Below are positions 1-11,188 of a stretch of DNA of 64,000 bases, piece by piece. The notes below the pieces were generated by a model. The model saw only the letters and a program-made list of their open reading frames with translations. It searched no databases and had not been told where the DNA came from. This stretch comes from Verrucomicrobiota bacterium (GTDB lineage Bacteria; Verrucomicrobiota; Verrucomicrobiia; Chthoniobacterales; JAFAMB01). The translations under genes and the position numbers were made by a program. Where the stretch lies: positions 10,298-74,297 of the forward strand of contig JAFBAP010000156.1 of assembly GCA_019247695.1 (NCBI GenBank), given 5' to 3'. The stretch's first letter is position 1. Every line of letters begins with the position of its first letter.

Positions 1-591
1 CTGGCTCGCAACGGGGGTGACAAAACTTCCGGGATAATTCTGAACCACCTTTTCAAAGAGTTCACGCGCTTCCTTTAACTGGCCTTTGCCCCGGGTCAGG
101 CGGGCCTGATGGAACAGCGCCAGCGGCGCCAGGTAAGAGGTGCCGAACCGCGTGACCACCTGGCCATAAGCCTGGAGAGCCCGGTCCGCACTCTTTTGGT
201 TTTCGGCATTTTGCGCCAGCCCCATGTAGCCGTTCACCAACAGGGGATGGTCGTGATTGTCACGCAAAAAGGATTGGTAAGCGCTGTCCGATTCGGCGTA
301 CTTGCCGTCAGCCGCCAATTTGGCGGCAAGCCGCAGGTATGCATTGCCCGCTGCCGTCGAACCGGGGTAATGGCTGATCACAGACTGCCAATCGCCGTCG
401 GCCTCGGCCGCGGCGAAAGCCGCCTCGGCGTTCTTCGTCTGGATCGCCCGATAACCTGCCACGATCCCGACAATCACCAACAGCAATGCGGCTGCCACCG
501 ACCCATAAACGATCTTCGTCCGGTGCAACGACCAGAAAACGATCGGATCAAACGATGAGGGTGCAGGTTCAACAACAGGGCGAATGGCCAT
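1..591 (-). CDS. Membrane-anchored TPR protein (YfgM-like), 3' end outside window
   Basis: Not in ORF track. Manual translation from ATG at 591 gives MAIRPVVEPAPSSFDPIVFWSLHRTKIVYGSVAAALLLVIVGIVAGY (one TM), then TPR-like helices (AGNAYLRLAAKL, APLALFHQARL...EARELFEKVVQNYPGS). Open to the window edge. Confidence 0.75.
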   Translation of the reverse strand, partial: MAIRPVVEPAPSSFDPIVFWSLHRTKIVYGSVAAALLLVIVGIVAGYRAIQTKNAEAAFAAAEADGDWQSVISHYPGSTAAGNAYLRLAAKLAADGKYAESDSAYQSFLRDNHDHPLLVNGYMGLAQNAENQKSADRALQAYGQVVTRFGTSYLAPLALFHQARLTRGKGQLKEARELFEKVVQNYPGSFVTPVASQ

Positions 592-612
592 AAGACACAA
601 CTTACTTCCTGA

Positions 613-1587
613 TTAACCGCCAACTTCCGCCCGCGCTTCATCAGCCAAGGCCGTGCTAAGATAGCGCTCCCCGGTCGAACACGCGACCGTTACGATGAGT
701 TTACCGCGGTTTTCCGGCCGTTTCGCCACTTCGATGGCGGCGTGCACGTTGGCCCCGGAACTGATGCCGGCAAGAATGCCCTCCTCCTTGGCCAGGCGCC
801 GGGCCATCACAAAAGCGCTTTCGTTGCTCACCGTGATAACCTCGTCCACCTCCTTGAGGTCCAGGTTTTCAGGGATAAAACCGGCACCGGTCCCCTGGAT
901 CTTGTGCGGACCCGGCTTCAGGGGTTCGTGATGCAGCGTTTGCCGGATTACCGCTGAATCCTTCGGTTCGACCGCAATCGCCTGGAAAGCCGGTTTCCGT
1001 GCTTTGATCACCCTGGCCACACCTGTGATGGTTCCGCCCGTGCCCACCGCGGACACGAGGATGTCGGCCGCACCGGCCGTGTCGGCCCAGATCTCTTCGG
1101 CCGTGGTTTGCGCGTGAATGGCCGGGTTGGCCGGATTCTCAAACTGCTGCGGCATCCACGAGTTCGGCGTGGACCGCAATATGTCCTCCGCCCGCGCAAT
1201 CGCACCCTTCATGCCCTCGGCTCCCGGCGTCAGGATAAGCTTGGCGCCGAGCATGGCCAGAAGCGTTCGCCGCTCCAGGCTCATCGTTTCCGGCATAGTC
1301 AGCACCAGCTTGTACCCTTTGGCGGCACAGACAAAGGCAAGGGCAATGCCGGTGTTTCCGCTCGTGGGCTCTACAATCGTGGTGTCGGGGTTGATGATGC
1401 CATCCCGCTCGGCGGCATCGATCATCGCCATGCCGATCCGGTCCTTCACGCTTCCGAGCGGATTAAAAAACTCGCATTTTAACGCGATGATGGCCTCCAG
1501 GCCTTGCGTAATTCGATTCAACCTGACGAGCGGGGTGCGGCCCACTGTCTCAATGATGTTGTTGTAAAATCTTCCGGGAGTGGCCAT
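613..1587 (-). CDS. cysK: Cysteine synthase A (O-acetylserine sulfhydrylase)
   Basis: [11 protein letters not shown] (PLP lysine), [13 protein letters not shown] and [10 protein letters not shown] motifs. Confidence 0.95.
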   Translation of the reverse strand: MATPGRFYNNIIETVGRTPLVRLNRITQGLEAIIALKCEFFNPLGSVKDRIGMAMIDAAERDGIINPDTTIVEPTSGNTGIALAFVCAAKGYKLVLTMPETMSLERRTLLAMLGAKLILTPGAEGMKGAIARAEDILRSTPNSWMPQQFENPANPAIHAQTTAEEIWADTAGAADILVSAVGTGGTITGVARVIKARKPAFQAIAVEPKDSAVIRQTLHHEPLKPGPHKIQGTGAGFIPENLDLKEVDEVITVSNESAFVMARRLAKEEGILAGISSGANVHAAIEVAKRPENRGKLIVTVACSTGERYLSTALADEARAEVGG

Positions 1588-1711
1588 GGCGGGTCGGTGT
1601 CGGTGTATTAGTATCGTAGGAAGCCGTTGAGCAACGCAAGGGAGGGGTTACATACACGATAAACGTGCTTCCATTCAAGTCACAACAGGCGCACGTACCG
1701 CCTTCAAAGGC

Positions 1712-1740
1712 TTGCAGCACCCCTTTACCGTGTCCAATTT
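1712..1740 (+). promoter_or_regulatory. Putative sigma70-type promoter, likely leaderless, for phhB
   Basis: TTGCAG-17 bp-CAATTT, 7 nt before ATG at 1748. Confidence 0.45.
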
Positions 1741-1747
1741 ACGCTTC

Positions 1748-2053
1748 ATGGCAACCCTTCTGAATGCAGAAACCGTGGCCCGGTTATTGGACGAGGTTCC
1801 GAACTGGCGCCTGGCCGGCGATGCCGTTGAGCGAACGGTCAAGTGCAAGGATTTTATGGCCGCCATCAGTTTTATAAACCAGGTGGCGGCCGAAGCTGAA
1901 GCGCTGAATCACCACCCGGACATCGATATCCGTTGGAACCAGGTCCGCCTGGTGCTTACCACGCACTCGGCCCAGGGATTGACGGACCTGGACTTTACGC
2001 TCGCCCGTAAGCTCGATGCGGCCGCAGAGCCCTTCACCCAGACGCCCGGATAA
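1748..2053 (+). CDS. phhB: Pterin-4a-carbinolamine dehydratase
   Basis: AEALNHHPDIDIRWNQVRLVLTTHSAQGLTDLDFTLA motif; ATG 1748 preferred over TTG 1712. Confidence 0.9.
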   Translation: MATLLNAETVARLLDEVPNWRLAGDAVERTVKCKDFMAAISFINQVAAEAEALNHHPDIDIRWNQVRLVLTTHSAQGLTDLDFTLARKLDAAAEPFTQTPG

Positions 2054-2429
2054 ATGCCAGGAGCGGAAAAATGCCGCAAATGAAGAAGTGGCGGGTAACG
2101 GGTAACGGGTGTCGGGTGCCGGGTGGAAGACCACAAGCCGAAGTTGTACCCGGTAGAGAGCGCCGCGCGTCAGCCCAGTAAGAAATGCCGGGAAGGATTG
2201 GAGGCCCCGACGCCGTCCGCCCGTCCTTCAGCGCCGGTTATGGAATCACCGCCATGCGCACGCGCCGTCGACGTCACCCCTCAGCAGCATTTACTCGACG
2301 CGACACCCGACACCCGGCACCCGTTACCCGTTACCCGTTACCCGTTACCCGTTACCCGTTACCCGTTACCCGTTACCCGTTACCCGTTACCCGCCACCCC
2401 CTCATTTGTGGCATTTGCTCCTGGCATTT
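2052..2429. repeat. MITE-like element with long imperfect terminal inverted repeats and heptamer tandem repeats
   Basis: AAATGCCAGGAGC..AAATGCCGCAAATGA..GTGGCGGGTAACGGG (2052-2125) is the reverse complement of the right end (to 2429). Ten perfect CCCGTTA units at 2320-2389, plus CCCGACA/CCCGGCA/CCCGCCA variants. Confidence 0.8.
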
Positions 2430-2460
2430 GATTTGCGCTCCGCTCATTTGGAGCGATCAT

Positions 2461-2898
2461 TCCGTGGCAGGCGGTCGCTGCGGGAGCGTACGCTTTCCTG
2501 CAGAGGAAAGTCCGAACACCATAAGGCGGCATGCCGCCCGAAAGGGCGGGCAATTTCCGGCATAAGCCGGGAGATGACGGATAGTGTCACAGAAAAGATA
2601 CCGCCCGGTTTGCCCGAGAGGGTGACCGGGTAAGGGTGAAAAGGCGGGGTAAGAGCCCACCGGCCCATCCGTGAGGATGGGCGCTTGAAAAACCCCTGCG
2701 GTGCAAGACAAAACAGAGGGTTGGGTTGCCTGCCCGCTCGGCTTTGCTGAGAACCCTCGGGTAATAGTCGCATCGGCTGGTGGCCGGTTCACCCCCCACC
2801 GCCGGCGCGCCGGAACGGGAAGCGTCCGGCGCGAGATAAATGACCGCCCCGGCGCCGGCGAGAGCTGGTGCCGGACAGAATTCGGCTTATGCCACGAA
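2461..2898 (+). ncRNA. rnpB: RNase P RNA (bacterial type A)
   Basis: GAGGAAAGTCCGAA pairs with ACAGAATTCGGCTTAT (P4); AGTGTCACAGAAAA; GGGTGAAAAGGCGGGGTAAGAGCCCACC; AGATAAATGACCGCC; P1 TCCGTGGCA/TGCCACGAA. Confidence 0.95.
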
Positions 2899-2930
2899 CA
2901 AAGCCGCCGGGTATCCCCCCGGCGGCTTTG
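2899..2930 (+). terminator. Intrinsic terminator-like hairpin after rnpB
   Basis: CAAAGCCGCCGGG-TATCCC-CCCGGCGGCTTTG, perfect stem. Confidence 0.7.
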
Positions 2931-3027
2931 GCCGGGCGGCGCGCCAACCCGTGCAACCGAAAAAATTTGTGCTATTTTAACGGTCCTTCCGGGCGGCATG
3001 GGAGGTGCAGGACGTGCCAAAAATCCC

Positions 3028-3055
3028 TTGCGTGCCCTAGGAAAACCTATATAGT
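3028..3055 (+). promoter_or_regulatory. Putative promoter of the str/S10 superoperon
   Basis: TTGCGT-16 bp-TATAGT about 90 nt upstream of rpsL. Confidence 0.5.
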
Positions 3056-3146
3056 CCACGCTCCCCCGCTTCTGGCGAGACAGAGGTTTTTTGCGCCAGG
3101 GGGGTTTTTTAATCCCTTTACCCTGGGAGTAACCGGATAGATCCCG

Positions 3147-3581
3147 ATGCCAACGATCAACCAGCTTGTAAGAAAAGGACGCAGAAAGATGACGGTGAAG
3201 TCGAAATCACCGGCTCTTGCCGACTGCCCGCAGCGGCGCGGCGTTTGCGTGCAGGTCATGACGCGAACGCCCAAGAAACCAAATTCCGCCTTGCGGAAAG
3301 TCGCCAAGGTCCGGTTGACGAACGGGTACGAGGTGATCGCCTACATCCCGGGCGAAGGACATAACCTTCAGGAACACTCCATCGTGCTGGTTCGTGGGGG
3401 ACGGGTGAAGGATTTGCCGGGTGTCCGTTACCACATCGTGCGGGGAACCCTGGATGCCTTGGGGGTGGACGGCCGCCACCGCAGCCGTTCGAAGTACGGT
3501 GCAAAACGTCCGAAGGGGGGTGCGGCTGCTGAAGCCGCCGGGAAGGGCGGCAAACCGGCCGCCAAGGGAGGCAAAAAGTAA
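3147..3581 (+). CDS. rpsL: 30S ribosomal protein S12
   Basis: [33 protein letters not shown]; Ala/Gly/Lys tail. Confidence 0.99.
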   Translation: MPTINQLVRKGRRKMTVKSKSPALADCPQRRGVCVQVMTRTPKKPNSALRKVAKVRLTNGYEVIAYIPGEGHNLQEHSIVLVRGGRVKDLPGVRYHIVRGTLDALGVDGRHRSRSKYGAKRPKGGAAAEAAGKGGKPAAKGGKK

Positions 3582-3586
3582 ATTGT

Positions 3587-4057
3587 ATGTCACGTCGTCG
3601 CAGAGTCATTCATAAGGAAGAAAAACTGGACGCCCGCTACGGCAGTCCGGTGGTGGCTCGCCTGATCGATACGGTCATGCGTGCCGGGAAAAAGTCTCTG
3701 GCTGAGCGAATCGTCTATCAAGCCATTGAGAAAAGCCGTGAAGGTTCCGACGCGGTGGATCCGCTGGATACTCTGCATAAGGCGCTCGATAACGCCAAAC
3801 CGCGGCTGGAGGTCAAGTCCCGGCGCGTCGGCGGCGCCACGTACCAGGTGCCGGTCGAGGTTTCCTCAGACCGCCAGGTCTCACTCGCGATGCGTTGGCT
3901 GGTGACTTTCGCCAAAAATCGTCGCGGGACCATGACCGATAATTTGGCCGCCGAGATCAAGGACGCGGCGACAGGACAAGGGTCCGCGATCAAAAAGCGC
4001 GATGACACCCATAAGATGGCCCAGGCTAACCGTGCTTTTGCACATTTCCGTTGGTAA
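3587..4057 (+). CDS. rpsG: 30S ribosomal protein S7
   Basis: [27 protein letters not shown]. Confidence 0.99.
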   Translation: MSRRRRVIHKEEKLDARYGSPVVARLIDTVMRAGKKSLAERIVYQAIEKSREGSDAVDPLDTLHKALDNAKPRLEVKSRRVGGATYQVPVEVSSDRQVSLAMRWLVTFAKNRRGTMTDNLAAEIKDAATGQGSAIKKRDDTHKMAQANRAFAHFRW

Positions 4058-4062
4058 TTCTC

Positions 4063-6237
4063 ATGCCCTCAACCGTTTTAGAAAAGGCTTCGGCCATGAC
4101 GAACCCAAACTCTCCGAACCGCGCCTATCCTCTGGAGCGTACGCGCAATATCGGTATCAGCGCGCACATTGACGCGGGTAAGACCACCCTGACGGAGCGG
4201 ATCCTCTTTTACACCGGCATGATCCATCGGATCGGCGAGGTGCACGAAGGGACCACCACCACCGACTGGATGGAGCAGGAGCGCGAGCGCGGCATCACCA
4301 TCACTTCCGCCGCAACCACCTGTTTCTGGAATCAGCGCAAAGAGGAAGGCGTCTTCAAGCTGTTCGACAGCCAGAAGATGCGCGTCAACATCATCGATAC
4401 TCCCGGCCACGTCGACTTTACGGCCGAAGTCGAACGTTCGCTGCGCGTTCTGGATGGCGCCATCCTCGTGTTTGACAGCGTCGCCGGTGTCCAGCCCCAG
4501 ACGGAAACCGTCTGGCGGCAGGCCAATAAGTACCGGGTCCCGCGCATTTGTTTTGTGAACAAGATGGACCGGGTCGGGGCCAACTTCGACAACGTGGTCA
4601 AAGAGATCCGGGAAAAACTCGGCGCCAACGCCGCGCCGGTCCTTATTCCGCTCGGCAGCGAGGATCGCCTTCGCGGGCAGCTCGACGTCATCAACAAAAA
4701 GGCGATCATCTATTCCGATAACGATGTCCTGGGTTCCACCTATGAAGTGAAGGACGTGCCGGCCGAGTACAAGGCGATGATCGACGAGGCGTACGATGAC
4801 CTGGTCGAACAGGTTGCGAACCTGGATGACGAAGTCGGTACCATGTTCCTGGAAGAAAGACCGATCACGCCCAAGGACCTCAAAGCCGGCATTCGCCGGT
4901 TGACGATCGCCAACCAGTTTGTCCCGGTCGCAGGCGGCTCCGCATTTAAGAACAAAGGCGTTCAATACCTCGTTGATGCCGTCATCGATTACCTGCCGGG
5001 TCCGCTGGACATTCCGCCGGCCGCAGGTATCGACCCCGACTCGGAGGTCCCGAAAGAAGCCGTTACGGATGACAACGGTAGATTCTGCTCTTTGGCTTTC
5101 AAACTCTGGAGCGACCCGTTCGTCGGTAAACTGGTCTTCTTCCGGGTGTACTCCGGGAAACTCTCCAAAGGCGACACGGTTTACAACCCGCGTACCGGCA
5201 AGCGGGAGCGCATCAGCCGCCTGATCCAGATCCAGGCCGACAAACGCGAAGACATCGAGACTTGTTACTCGGGCGACATCGCGGCCATCGTAGGCATCAA
5301 GAACATCACCACGGGTGACACCCTGTGCGATGAGGATTTCCCGATCCTGCTTGAGCCGCCTTCGTTCCCTGATCCGGTCATCTCCATGGCGATCGAGCCG
5401 AAAACGAAGCTCGACCAGGAAAAGATGTCCAACGCCCTCCAGCGCCTCGCTGAGGAGGATCCGACGTTCCGGGTCTATACCAACGAGGATACCGGTCAGA
5501 CCATCATCGCCGGGATGGGAGAGCTGCATCTGGAAATCATTCGTGACCGCATGCTGCGGGAATTCAAGGTTGACGCCAATGCGGGCAAGCCGCAGATCGC
5601 GTACCGGGAAACGATCACCAGGAACGCGGTCGGCGAAGGCAAACTCATCAAGCAATCCGGCGGTCGCGGCCAGTATGGTCACGTGGTCGTAAACGTGGTG
5701 CCGCAGGAGCGCGGCAAGGGCGTGTCGATTGACAACAAGATCGTCGGCGGCGTGATCCCGCGTGAGTACATCCCCGCGGTACGCAAAGGTATTGAAGAAG
5801 CCGTGCTCAACGGCGTGCTCGGCGGCTACCCGGTCATCGACCTGCACGTTGACATCGTGGACGGCTCGTACCACGACGTCGATTCGAACGAATTGGCGTT
5901 CAAGCTGGCGGCGATCTTCGCCATGAAGGATGCCTTCAGGAAGGGCACCTCGATCCTGCTCGAACCGATCATGAAGGTCGAGTGCGTCACCCCGGATGAA
6001 TACCAGGGCGACATTATGGGTGACCTTAACCGGCGGCGCGGCCGTATCCTCAACATGGAGAACAAAGGCCTTGCGACCGTCGTGCACGCCGAGGTGCCGC
6101 TGGCGGAAATGTTCGGTTACGCGACCGCTATCCGGTCGCTCTCCAAAGGACGCGCATCATACTCGATGGAACCGTCGCACTTTGAACCGGTCCCGGCCCA
6201 AATCGTTGCGGCCGTCCTGGACCAGAAAGGAGCTTAA
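4063..6237 (+). CDS. fusA: Elongation factor G
   Basis: [44 protein letters not shown]; ATG 4063 (alternative 4096). Confidence 0.98.
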   Translation: MPSTVLEKASAMTNPNSPNRAYPLERTRNIGISAHIDAGKTTLTERILFYTGMIHRIGEVHEGTTTTDWMEQERERGITITSAATTCFWNQRKEEGVFKLFDSQKMRVNIIDTPGHVDFTAEVERSLRVLDGAILVFDSVAGVQPQTETVWRQANKYRVPRICFVNKMDRVGANFDNVVKEIREKLGANAAPVLIPLGSEDRLRGQLDVINKKAIIYSDNDVLGSTYEVKDVPAEYKAMIDEAYDDLVEQVANLDDEVGTMFLEERPITPKDLKAGIRRLTIANQFVPVAGGSAFKNKGVQYLVDAVIDYLPGPLDIPPAAGIDPDSEVPKEAVTDDNGRFCSLAFKLWSDPFVGKLVFFRVYSGKLSKGDTVYNPRTGKRERISRLIQIQADKREDIETCYSGDIAAIVGIKNITTGDTLCDEDFPILLEPPSFPDPVISMAIEPKTKLDQEKMSNALQRLAEEDPTFRVYTNEDTGQTIIAGMGELHLEIIRDRMLREFKVDANAGKPQIAYRETITRNAVGEGKLIKQSGGRGQYGHVVVNVVPQERGKGVSIDNKIVGGVIPREYIPAVRKGIEEAVLNGVLGGYPVIDLHVDIVDGSYHDVDSNELAFKLAAIFAMKDAFRKGTSILLEPIMKVECVTPDEYQGDIMGDLNRRRGRILNMENKGLATVVHAEVPLAEMFGYATAIRSLSKGRASYSMEPSHFEPVPAQIVAAVLDQKGA

Positions 6238-6243
6238 GACAAA

Positions 6244-6555
6244 ATGGCTAACGGCCAGCGAATTCGTATCCGGCTTAAAGGTTTCGACTACCGGATGCTA
6301 GATCAGTCAGCGGTCGAAATCGTGGAGACGGCAAAACGAACCGGCGCCAAAGTCGCCGGCCCGATTCCGCTTCCTACCAAGATTGAAAAGTGGACCGTCA
6401 ACCGGTCGCCCCACGTGGACAAAAAGTCGATGGACCAGTTCGAGATGCGCACTCACAAGCGCCTGCTCGACATCATTGAACCTACGGCGAAGACCGTCGA
6501 CGAACTGCGCAAGCTGAACTTGCCGGCGGGCGTAGATATCGCCATCAAAATCTAA
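6244..6555 (+). CDS. rpsJ: 30S ribosomal protein S10
   Basis: [25 protein letters not shown]. Confidence 0.99.
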   Translation: MANGQRIRIRLKGFDYRMLDQSAVEIVETAKRTGAKVAGPIPLPTKIEKWTVNRSPHVDKKSMDQFEMRTHKRLLDIIEPTAKTVDELRKLNLPAGVDIAIKI

Positions 6556-6571
6556 TCGGGTCAACGCGGAT

Positions 6572-7225
6572 ATGGCTATCGGATTGTTGGGAAAGAAAAT
6601 CGGAATGACGCGCGTCTACGACGCCAACGGCAAAGCCACACCGGTGACGGTAATCGCGGCGGAGGCCAACGCGTTGATCCAGGTTAAAACCGAAGAAAAA
6701 AACGGCTATTCCGCCGTTCAGGTCGGTTACGACGCGCAGAAAGAGTCCCGCCTCACGAAGCCGGTGTTGGGACAATTTAAAAAGGCCGGGGTGGAACCCA
6801 AAAAGCTCATCCGTGAGTTGCGGTTGCCCGATGGCCAGGCGGTCCCTGCAGAGATCGATCTCTCCGTCAGCCAGTTTGAAGCCGGGCAGTTTGTCGATGT
6901 GATTGGCCGGTCGAAAGGAAAAGGCTTCCAGGGCGTCGTGAAGCGGCACCATTTCGCGGGCCAGCCGGCGGCGCACGGCTCAAAAATGCACCGCCGCAAC
7001 GGTGCCATCGGCAACCGTTCGACTCCGGGCCGGGTCTGGAAAAACATGGGTATGCCCGGCCACATGGGCGACGAGCGCGTCACGGTCCAGAACCTCCGGA
7101 TCGTCCAGGTCAGACCGGAAGATAACGTCATTCTCGTCTGCGGGGCCGTGCCGGGTGCAAACGGCAGCTACGTCGTGGTGCGGCCGGCCAAGAAGAAAAC
7201 CGTCAACGGCCAGGCAGCCAAGTAA
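6572..7225 (+). CDS. rplC: 50S ribosomal protein L3
   Basis: GKKIGMTRV, SKGKGFQGVVKRH, MPGHMG. Confidence 0.99.
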   Translation: MAIGLLGKKIGMTRVYDANGKATPVTVIAAEANALIQVKTEEKNGYSAVQVGYDAQKESRLTKPVLGQFKKAGVEPKKLIRELRLPDGQAVPAEIDLSVSQFEAGQFVDVIGRSKGKGFQGVVKRHHFAGQPAAHGSKMHRRNGAIGNRSTPGRVWKNMGMPGHMGDERVTVQNLRIVQVRPEDNVILVCGAVPGANGSYVVVRPAKKKTVNGQAAK

Positions 7226-7252
7226 CGACAATCACAAAGGAAGCAACGAGAC

Positions 7253-7864
7253 ATGAGCGCCACAGTGCTAACGGTTGAAGCGGCGAAACAGGCGAACATC
7301 GCGGTAATTGAGAATGCCAAGGGAACCCAGGCCGTTCACGACGTGGTGGTAGCCATGCAGGCAAACCGCCGCAGCGGTACCGCCAATACCAAAACCAAGG
7401 CCGAGGTTGCCTACTCAGGAAAGAAGCCCTGGCGTCAAAAGGGTACCGGGCGCGCCCGCGCCGGGTACACCTCCTCCCCGATCTGGACCGGCGGCGGCGT
7501 CGCGTTCGGCCCAAAACCGCGCGACTATTCCAAGAAGGTAACCAAAGGGGTGAAACGTCTGGCGTTTCGCAAGGCGCTCAGCGCCCGGATCGTGGCGGGC
7601 GATGTTCTCGTTACAGACGACTTTAAAGTCTCTGCGCCGAAGACGAAGGAGTTCCTGGCGTTGCTTCGCTCGCACACCGATGCACGCAAGGTGCTGCTGG
7701 TGCACACCCGTTTCGACCAAAACACCTTCCTGGCTGCCCGCAACGTCCAATTTATCCAACTCCAGAGTGCGGCTGACGTTAACACGGAGCAATTGCTCCG
7801 TTACCAAAAGATTATCGTTACCAACGAGGCCCTGGCCAAGTTGGCGGAAAGAGCGTCATCATGA
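7253..7864 (+). CDS. rplD: 50S ribosomal protein L4
   Basis: KKPWRQKGTGRARAG, GGGVAFGPKPRDY. Confidence 0.99.
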   Translation: MSATVLTVEAAKQANIAVIENAKGTQAVHDVVVAMQANRRSGTANTKTKAEVAYSGKKPWRQKGTGRARAGYTSSPIWTGGGVAFGPKPRDYSKKVTKGVKRLAFRKALSARIVAGDVLVTDDFKVSAPKTKEFLALLRSHTDARKVLLVHTRFDQNTFLAARNVQFIQLQSAADVNTEQLLRYQKIIVTNEALAKLAERASS

Positions 7865-8145
7865 ACGAGCCGACCCAAATAATTCAAACGATCCGGCTGA
7901 CTGAAAAGGCCACCCGCTTAGGCGAGAAGTACAACCAGTACGTCTTCCGCGTGGCGACGCGGGCAAACAAGTTCGAGATCAAAAACGCGATCGAGAAACT
8001 GTTTGGGAAAAAGGTTGTCCGGGTCAATACCGCCCAATACGCCGGCAAGAAAAAGCGCGACCGCCGGGCCGGGTTCGGCCGTCGTGCCCATTGGAAAAAG
8101 GCGATCGTCACGCTGGCGGAGGGTGAAAAGATCGACCTCGTTTAA
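7861..8145 (+). CDS. rplW: 50S ribosomal protein L23
   Basis: TEKA, WKKAIVTL; operon position. Confidence 0.98.
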   Translation: MNEPTQIIQTIRLTEKATRLGEKYNQYVFRVATRANKFEIKNAIEKLFGKKVVRVNTAQYAGKKKRDRRAGFGRRAHWKKAIVTLAEGEKIDLV

Positions 8146-8160
8146 CGGAGATAACAGGTA

Positions 8161-9012
8161 ATGGCACTCAAGACTTACAGGCCGCTCACGCCAGCGCAGC
8201 GTTTCAAGCAGACGCCCGATTTTTCGGAGATCACCAAGGATTATCCCGAAAAGTCGCTGGTGGAACCGCTGAAGCGAACCGGGGGCCGGAACAACCACGG
8301 CCGGGTGACTTCCCGCCACATCGGCGGCGGGCATAAACGCAAATACCGCATCATCGATTTCAAGCGCAAACTGCGGGGGGTGGAGGCCACCGTCGTGGCG
8401 ATCGAATACGATCCGAACCGTTCGGCCCGCATTGCCTTGTTGAATTACGTGAGCGGCGAAAAGGCTTACATTCTTGCCCCCAACGGGCTGCAAGTCGGGG
8501 CCAAGGTCATCGCGGGCGACAACGTGGCGCCTGAGTTGGGCAACGCGCTTCCTCTGAAATCCATTCCCCTGGGATCCGTCATTCACAACATCGAGCTTAC
8601 CCCGGGCCGCGGCGGCCAGATTGCCCGCAGCGCCGGACAGCAGGCGATCCTGAACAACCGCGAAGACGGGTACGCCCTCGTGCGCATGCCCTCCGGCGAG
8701 ATTCGTCGCATTCACGAAAATTCCTATGCGACGATCGGCCAGGTCGGCAACACCGACCACATGAACGTGTCCAGCGGTAAAGCCGGCCGGACCCGGTGGC
8801 TGGGACGGCGCCCGCACGTACGCGGCATGGTCATGAACCCGGTCGACCACCCGATGGGCGGCGGACAGGGTAAAAGCAAGGGCGGCGGCGGTCGCCATCA
8901 CCCGGTCAGCCCGTGGGGACAACTGGCCAAAGGCTTCAAAACCCGTCGTAAACACAAGCCGAGCGATGCGTTTATCGTCGAGCGGCGCAAGAGCAAGAGC
9001 AAAAGGAAATAA
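8161..9012 (+). CDS. rplB: 50S ribosomal protein L2
   Basis: [36 protein letters not shown]. Confidence 0.99.
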   Translation: MALKTYRPLTPAQRFKQTPDFSEITKDYPEKSLVEPLKRTGGRNNHGRVTSRHIGGGHKRKYRIIDFKRKLRGVEATVVAIEYDPNRSARIALLNYVSGEKAYILAPNGLQVGAKVIAGDNVAPELGNALPLKSIPLGSVIHNIELTPGRGGQIARSAGQQAILNNREDGYALVRMPSGEIRRIHENSYATIGQVGNTDHMNVSSGKAGRTRWLGRRPHVRGMVMNPVDHPMGGGQGKSKGGGGRHHPVSPWGQLAKGFKTRRKHKPSDAFIVERRKSKSKRK

Positions 9013-9015
9013 GCT

Positions 9016-9294
9016 ATGGGTAGGTCATTGAAAAAAGGTCCTTTCGTCGAGCCCAAGCTCATTGAAAAGATCGAAAAGATAAACCAGGGCGGCCCGAAAC
9101 GGCCCATCAAAACCTGGTCGCGGCGCTCGATGATTACGCCGGATTTTGTGGGCCATACCTTTCTGGTTCACAACGGCAAGATCTTCAATTCCGTTTTTGT
9201 CACCGAGAACATGGTGGGTCACAAGCTGGGTGAATTTTCGCTGACCCGTACGTTCAAGAAACACGGTGCCCATACGGCGAAGGTCACCAAGTAA
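9016..9294 (+). CDS. rpsS: 30S ribosomal protein S19
   Basis: [24 protein letters not shown]. Confidence 0.99.
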   Translation: MGRSLKKGPFVEPKLIEKIEKINQGGPKRPIKTWSRRSMITPDFVGHTFLVHNGKIFNSVFVTENMVGHKLGEFSLTRTFKKHGAHTAKVTK

Positions 9295-9303
9295 GGAGCA
9301 CGC

Positions 9304-9939
9304 ATGCAGGTTACCTCCACTTACCGTTTCGCCCGGATCTCCGCGTTCAAAGCACGGGAGGTCACGCGTGAAATCCAGGGCCGCTCGGCGTCCGACGCGC
9401 TCGACGTGCTCGCTTTCAGCCCGAAAAAGGCCGCGCTCCTGGTCAGGAAAACGCTGAAGAGCGCGATCGCCAACGCGGAGAACAACGCTGATTTGCGGGT
9501 GGACAACCTGCTCGTCAAAGAGGCCGTCGTCGGCGAAGGGCCGACGTTCAAACGTTTTCGCCCGCGCGCCCGGGGCGGAGCCAGCCCGATCCGCAAGCGG
9601 ACGAGTCATATCCGGATCGTGCTGACCGACGAACTCGCCGCCCAGGCGAGCGAACGAGCCGCCAAACGGGCCGCCCGCAGCGGTCACCGGGCCCGCCGCC
9701 CGGCGTCGGCCGCCGCTCGGCAGAACGGGCGGCCGGCCGCCACCGCCGCCGCGGTCCCGCAAAACGAGCAGCCCGCACCTCCCCCGGAGGAACCGGCTGA
9801 GCCCGCCTCGCCGGCGACGTCTCCCGAGGTGACTCCCGCCGCCGCCGAAGAGGCGTCACCTCCCGCCGCCGTCAGCGGAGGCCCGGCCGATTCCACCCCC
9901 ACCCCCACCTCCAACCCCGGAGCCGAGGAGGCCAAGTAA
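9304..9939 (+). CDS. rplV: 50S ribosomal protein L22 with about 100-aa Ala/Pro/Glu-rich C-terminal extension
   Basis: [10 protein letters not shown] and [14 protein letters not shown] core in the first about 110 aa. Confidence 0.97.
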   Translation: MQVTSTYRFARISAFKAREVTREIQGRSASDALDVLAFSPKKAALLVRKTLKSAIANAENNADLRVDNLLVKEAVVGEGPTFKRFRPRARGGASPIRKRTSHIRIVLTDELAAQASERAAKRAARSGHRARRPASAAARQNGRPAATAAAVPQNEQPAPPPEEPAEPASPATSPEVTPAAAEEASPPAAVSGGPADSTPTPTSNPGAEEAK

Positions 9940-9941
9940 AT

Positions 9942-10721
9942 ATGGGTCAAAAAGTTAACCCGATCGGGTTTCGTCTAGCAGTTAACCGAGACTGGCGTTC
10001 GCGCTGGTTTGCTTCCGCCAAGGAATTTCCCGAGTTCCTCCACACCGATCTTCGGATCCGCACCTTCGTGAAGCAGAAGTTGGCGCTCGCGGCGGTCTCG
10101 AAGGTCCTGATCGAGCGAGCCTGGAACAGTATCCGCGTCACGATCTTCACGGCCCGTCCCGGAATCGTGATCGGCCGGAAAGGCTCCGAGATCGAGAAAA
10201 TGACTGAGGAGATCACCCGCATGTCGGGTGGTAAACAGGTCAAGATCGACATCCAGGAGATCAAAACGCCGGAGCTCGACGCCCAGTTGGTCGCCGAAAA
10301 CGTCGCGCTGCAGATCGAGCGCCGGATTTCGTTCCGCCGCGCAATGAAGAAAGCGGTGCAGACCGCCCGCGACTTTGGAGCGCTCGGCATCCGCATCCGG
10401 TGTTCCGGGCGGTTGGGCGGCGCTGAGATTTCACGGGCCGAGTGGTACCGTGAAGGTAAAGTCCCGCTCCACACGCTTCGTACGCCGATCGATTACGGGT
10501 TTGCGGAAGCCAAGACCGTGTACGGCAAAATCGGGGTCAAATGCTGGATGTGCAAGCCGGCCGTCCAGCCGGAACGCGAGCCGCGCGAGGGCCGAGAGGG
10601 CCGCGACCGCCGTGATCGTGATCGGGACCGTGACCGGGATGGACGCGGCGAACGCCGCCAGGCACCGGGCCCCGGCCCGGGCGCAGCCCCGACCCCGGCC
10701 AATCCGGCCGCAGCCACCTGA
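9942..10721 (+). CDS. rpsC: 30S ribosomal protein S3
   Basis: [37 protein letters not shown]; RD-repeat tail. Confidence 0.99.
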   Translation: MGQKVNPIGFRLAVNRDWRSRWFASAKEFPEFLHTDLRIRTFVKQKLALAAVSKVLIERAWNSIRVTIFTARPGIVIGRKGSEIEKMTEEITRMSGGKQVKIDIQEIKTPELDAQLVAENVALQIERRISFRRAMKKAVQTARDFGALGIRIRCSGRLGGAEISRAEWYREGKVPLHTLRTPIDYGFAEAKTVYGKIGVKCWMCKPAVQPEREPREGREGRDRRDRDRDRDRDGRGERRQAPGPGPGAAPTPANPAAAT

Positions 10722-10742
10722 TGATTTAGGAGACTATTTGCC

Positions 10743-11165
10743 ATGCCCCTGATGCCCAAAAGAGTGAAGTACCGCAAGACCCAGCGGGGCAGCCGCGCCG
10801 GTACCGCCACTCGCAACATTTCAATCGCCTTTGGCGAGTACGCCTTGCAGACCCTCGATCGCGCCTGGATCACGAACACGCAGATCGAGGCCGCCCGCGT
10901 GGCGCTTACCCGCAACATGAAGCGTAAAGGGAAGCTCTGGATCAAAATCTTCCCGGATAAGTCCGTCACCAAGCGCCCCCCTGAAACCCGGATGGGTAAG
11001 GGTAAAGGTAATCCGGAGTTCTGGGTGGCAACGGTCCGGCCCGGCAACATCCTTTTTGAACTCGACGGTGTGCCTGAATCGATCGCCCGCGAATCGCTCC
11101 GCCTGGCCGCCACTAAGCTGCCGGTGCGGACGCGCTTCCTGACCCGGCACCAGTCCGCCACCTGA
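10743..11165 (+). CDS. rplP: 50S ribosomal protein L16
   Basis: [22 protein letters not shown]. Confidence 0.99.
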   Translation: MPLMPKRVKYRKTQRGSRAGTATRNISIAFGEYALQTLDRAWITNTQIEAARVALTRNMKRKGKLWIKIFPDKSVTKRPPETRMGKGKGNPEFWVATVRPGNILFELDGVPESIARESLRLAATKLPVRTRFLTRHQSAT

Positions 11166-11188
11166 CAAGGTCAATCGAGGTCGCTTCC

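Noticed and set aside
2123-2565. ORFs with TRYPLPV repeats (2123..2431, 2185..2565)
   Set aside because: Translation of the CCCGTTA tract and overlap with rnpB; not credible proteins
4078-6087. 669-aa antisense ORF and similar shadow ORFs opposite r-protein and enzyme genes (e.g. 7918..8955, 15851..16780, 36228..37544, 51714..52691)
   Set aside because: Expected in high-GC DNA opposite well-conserved genes; no motifs
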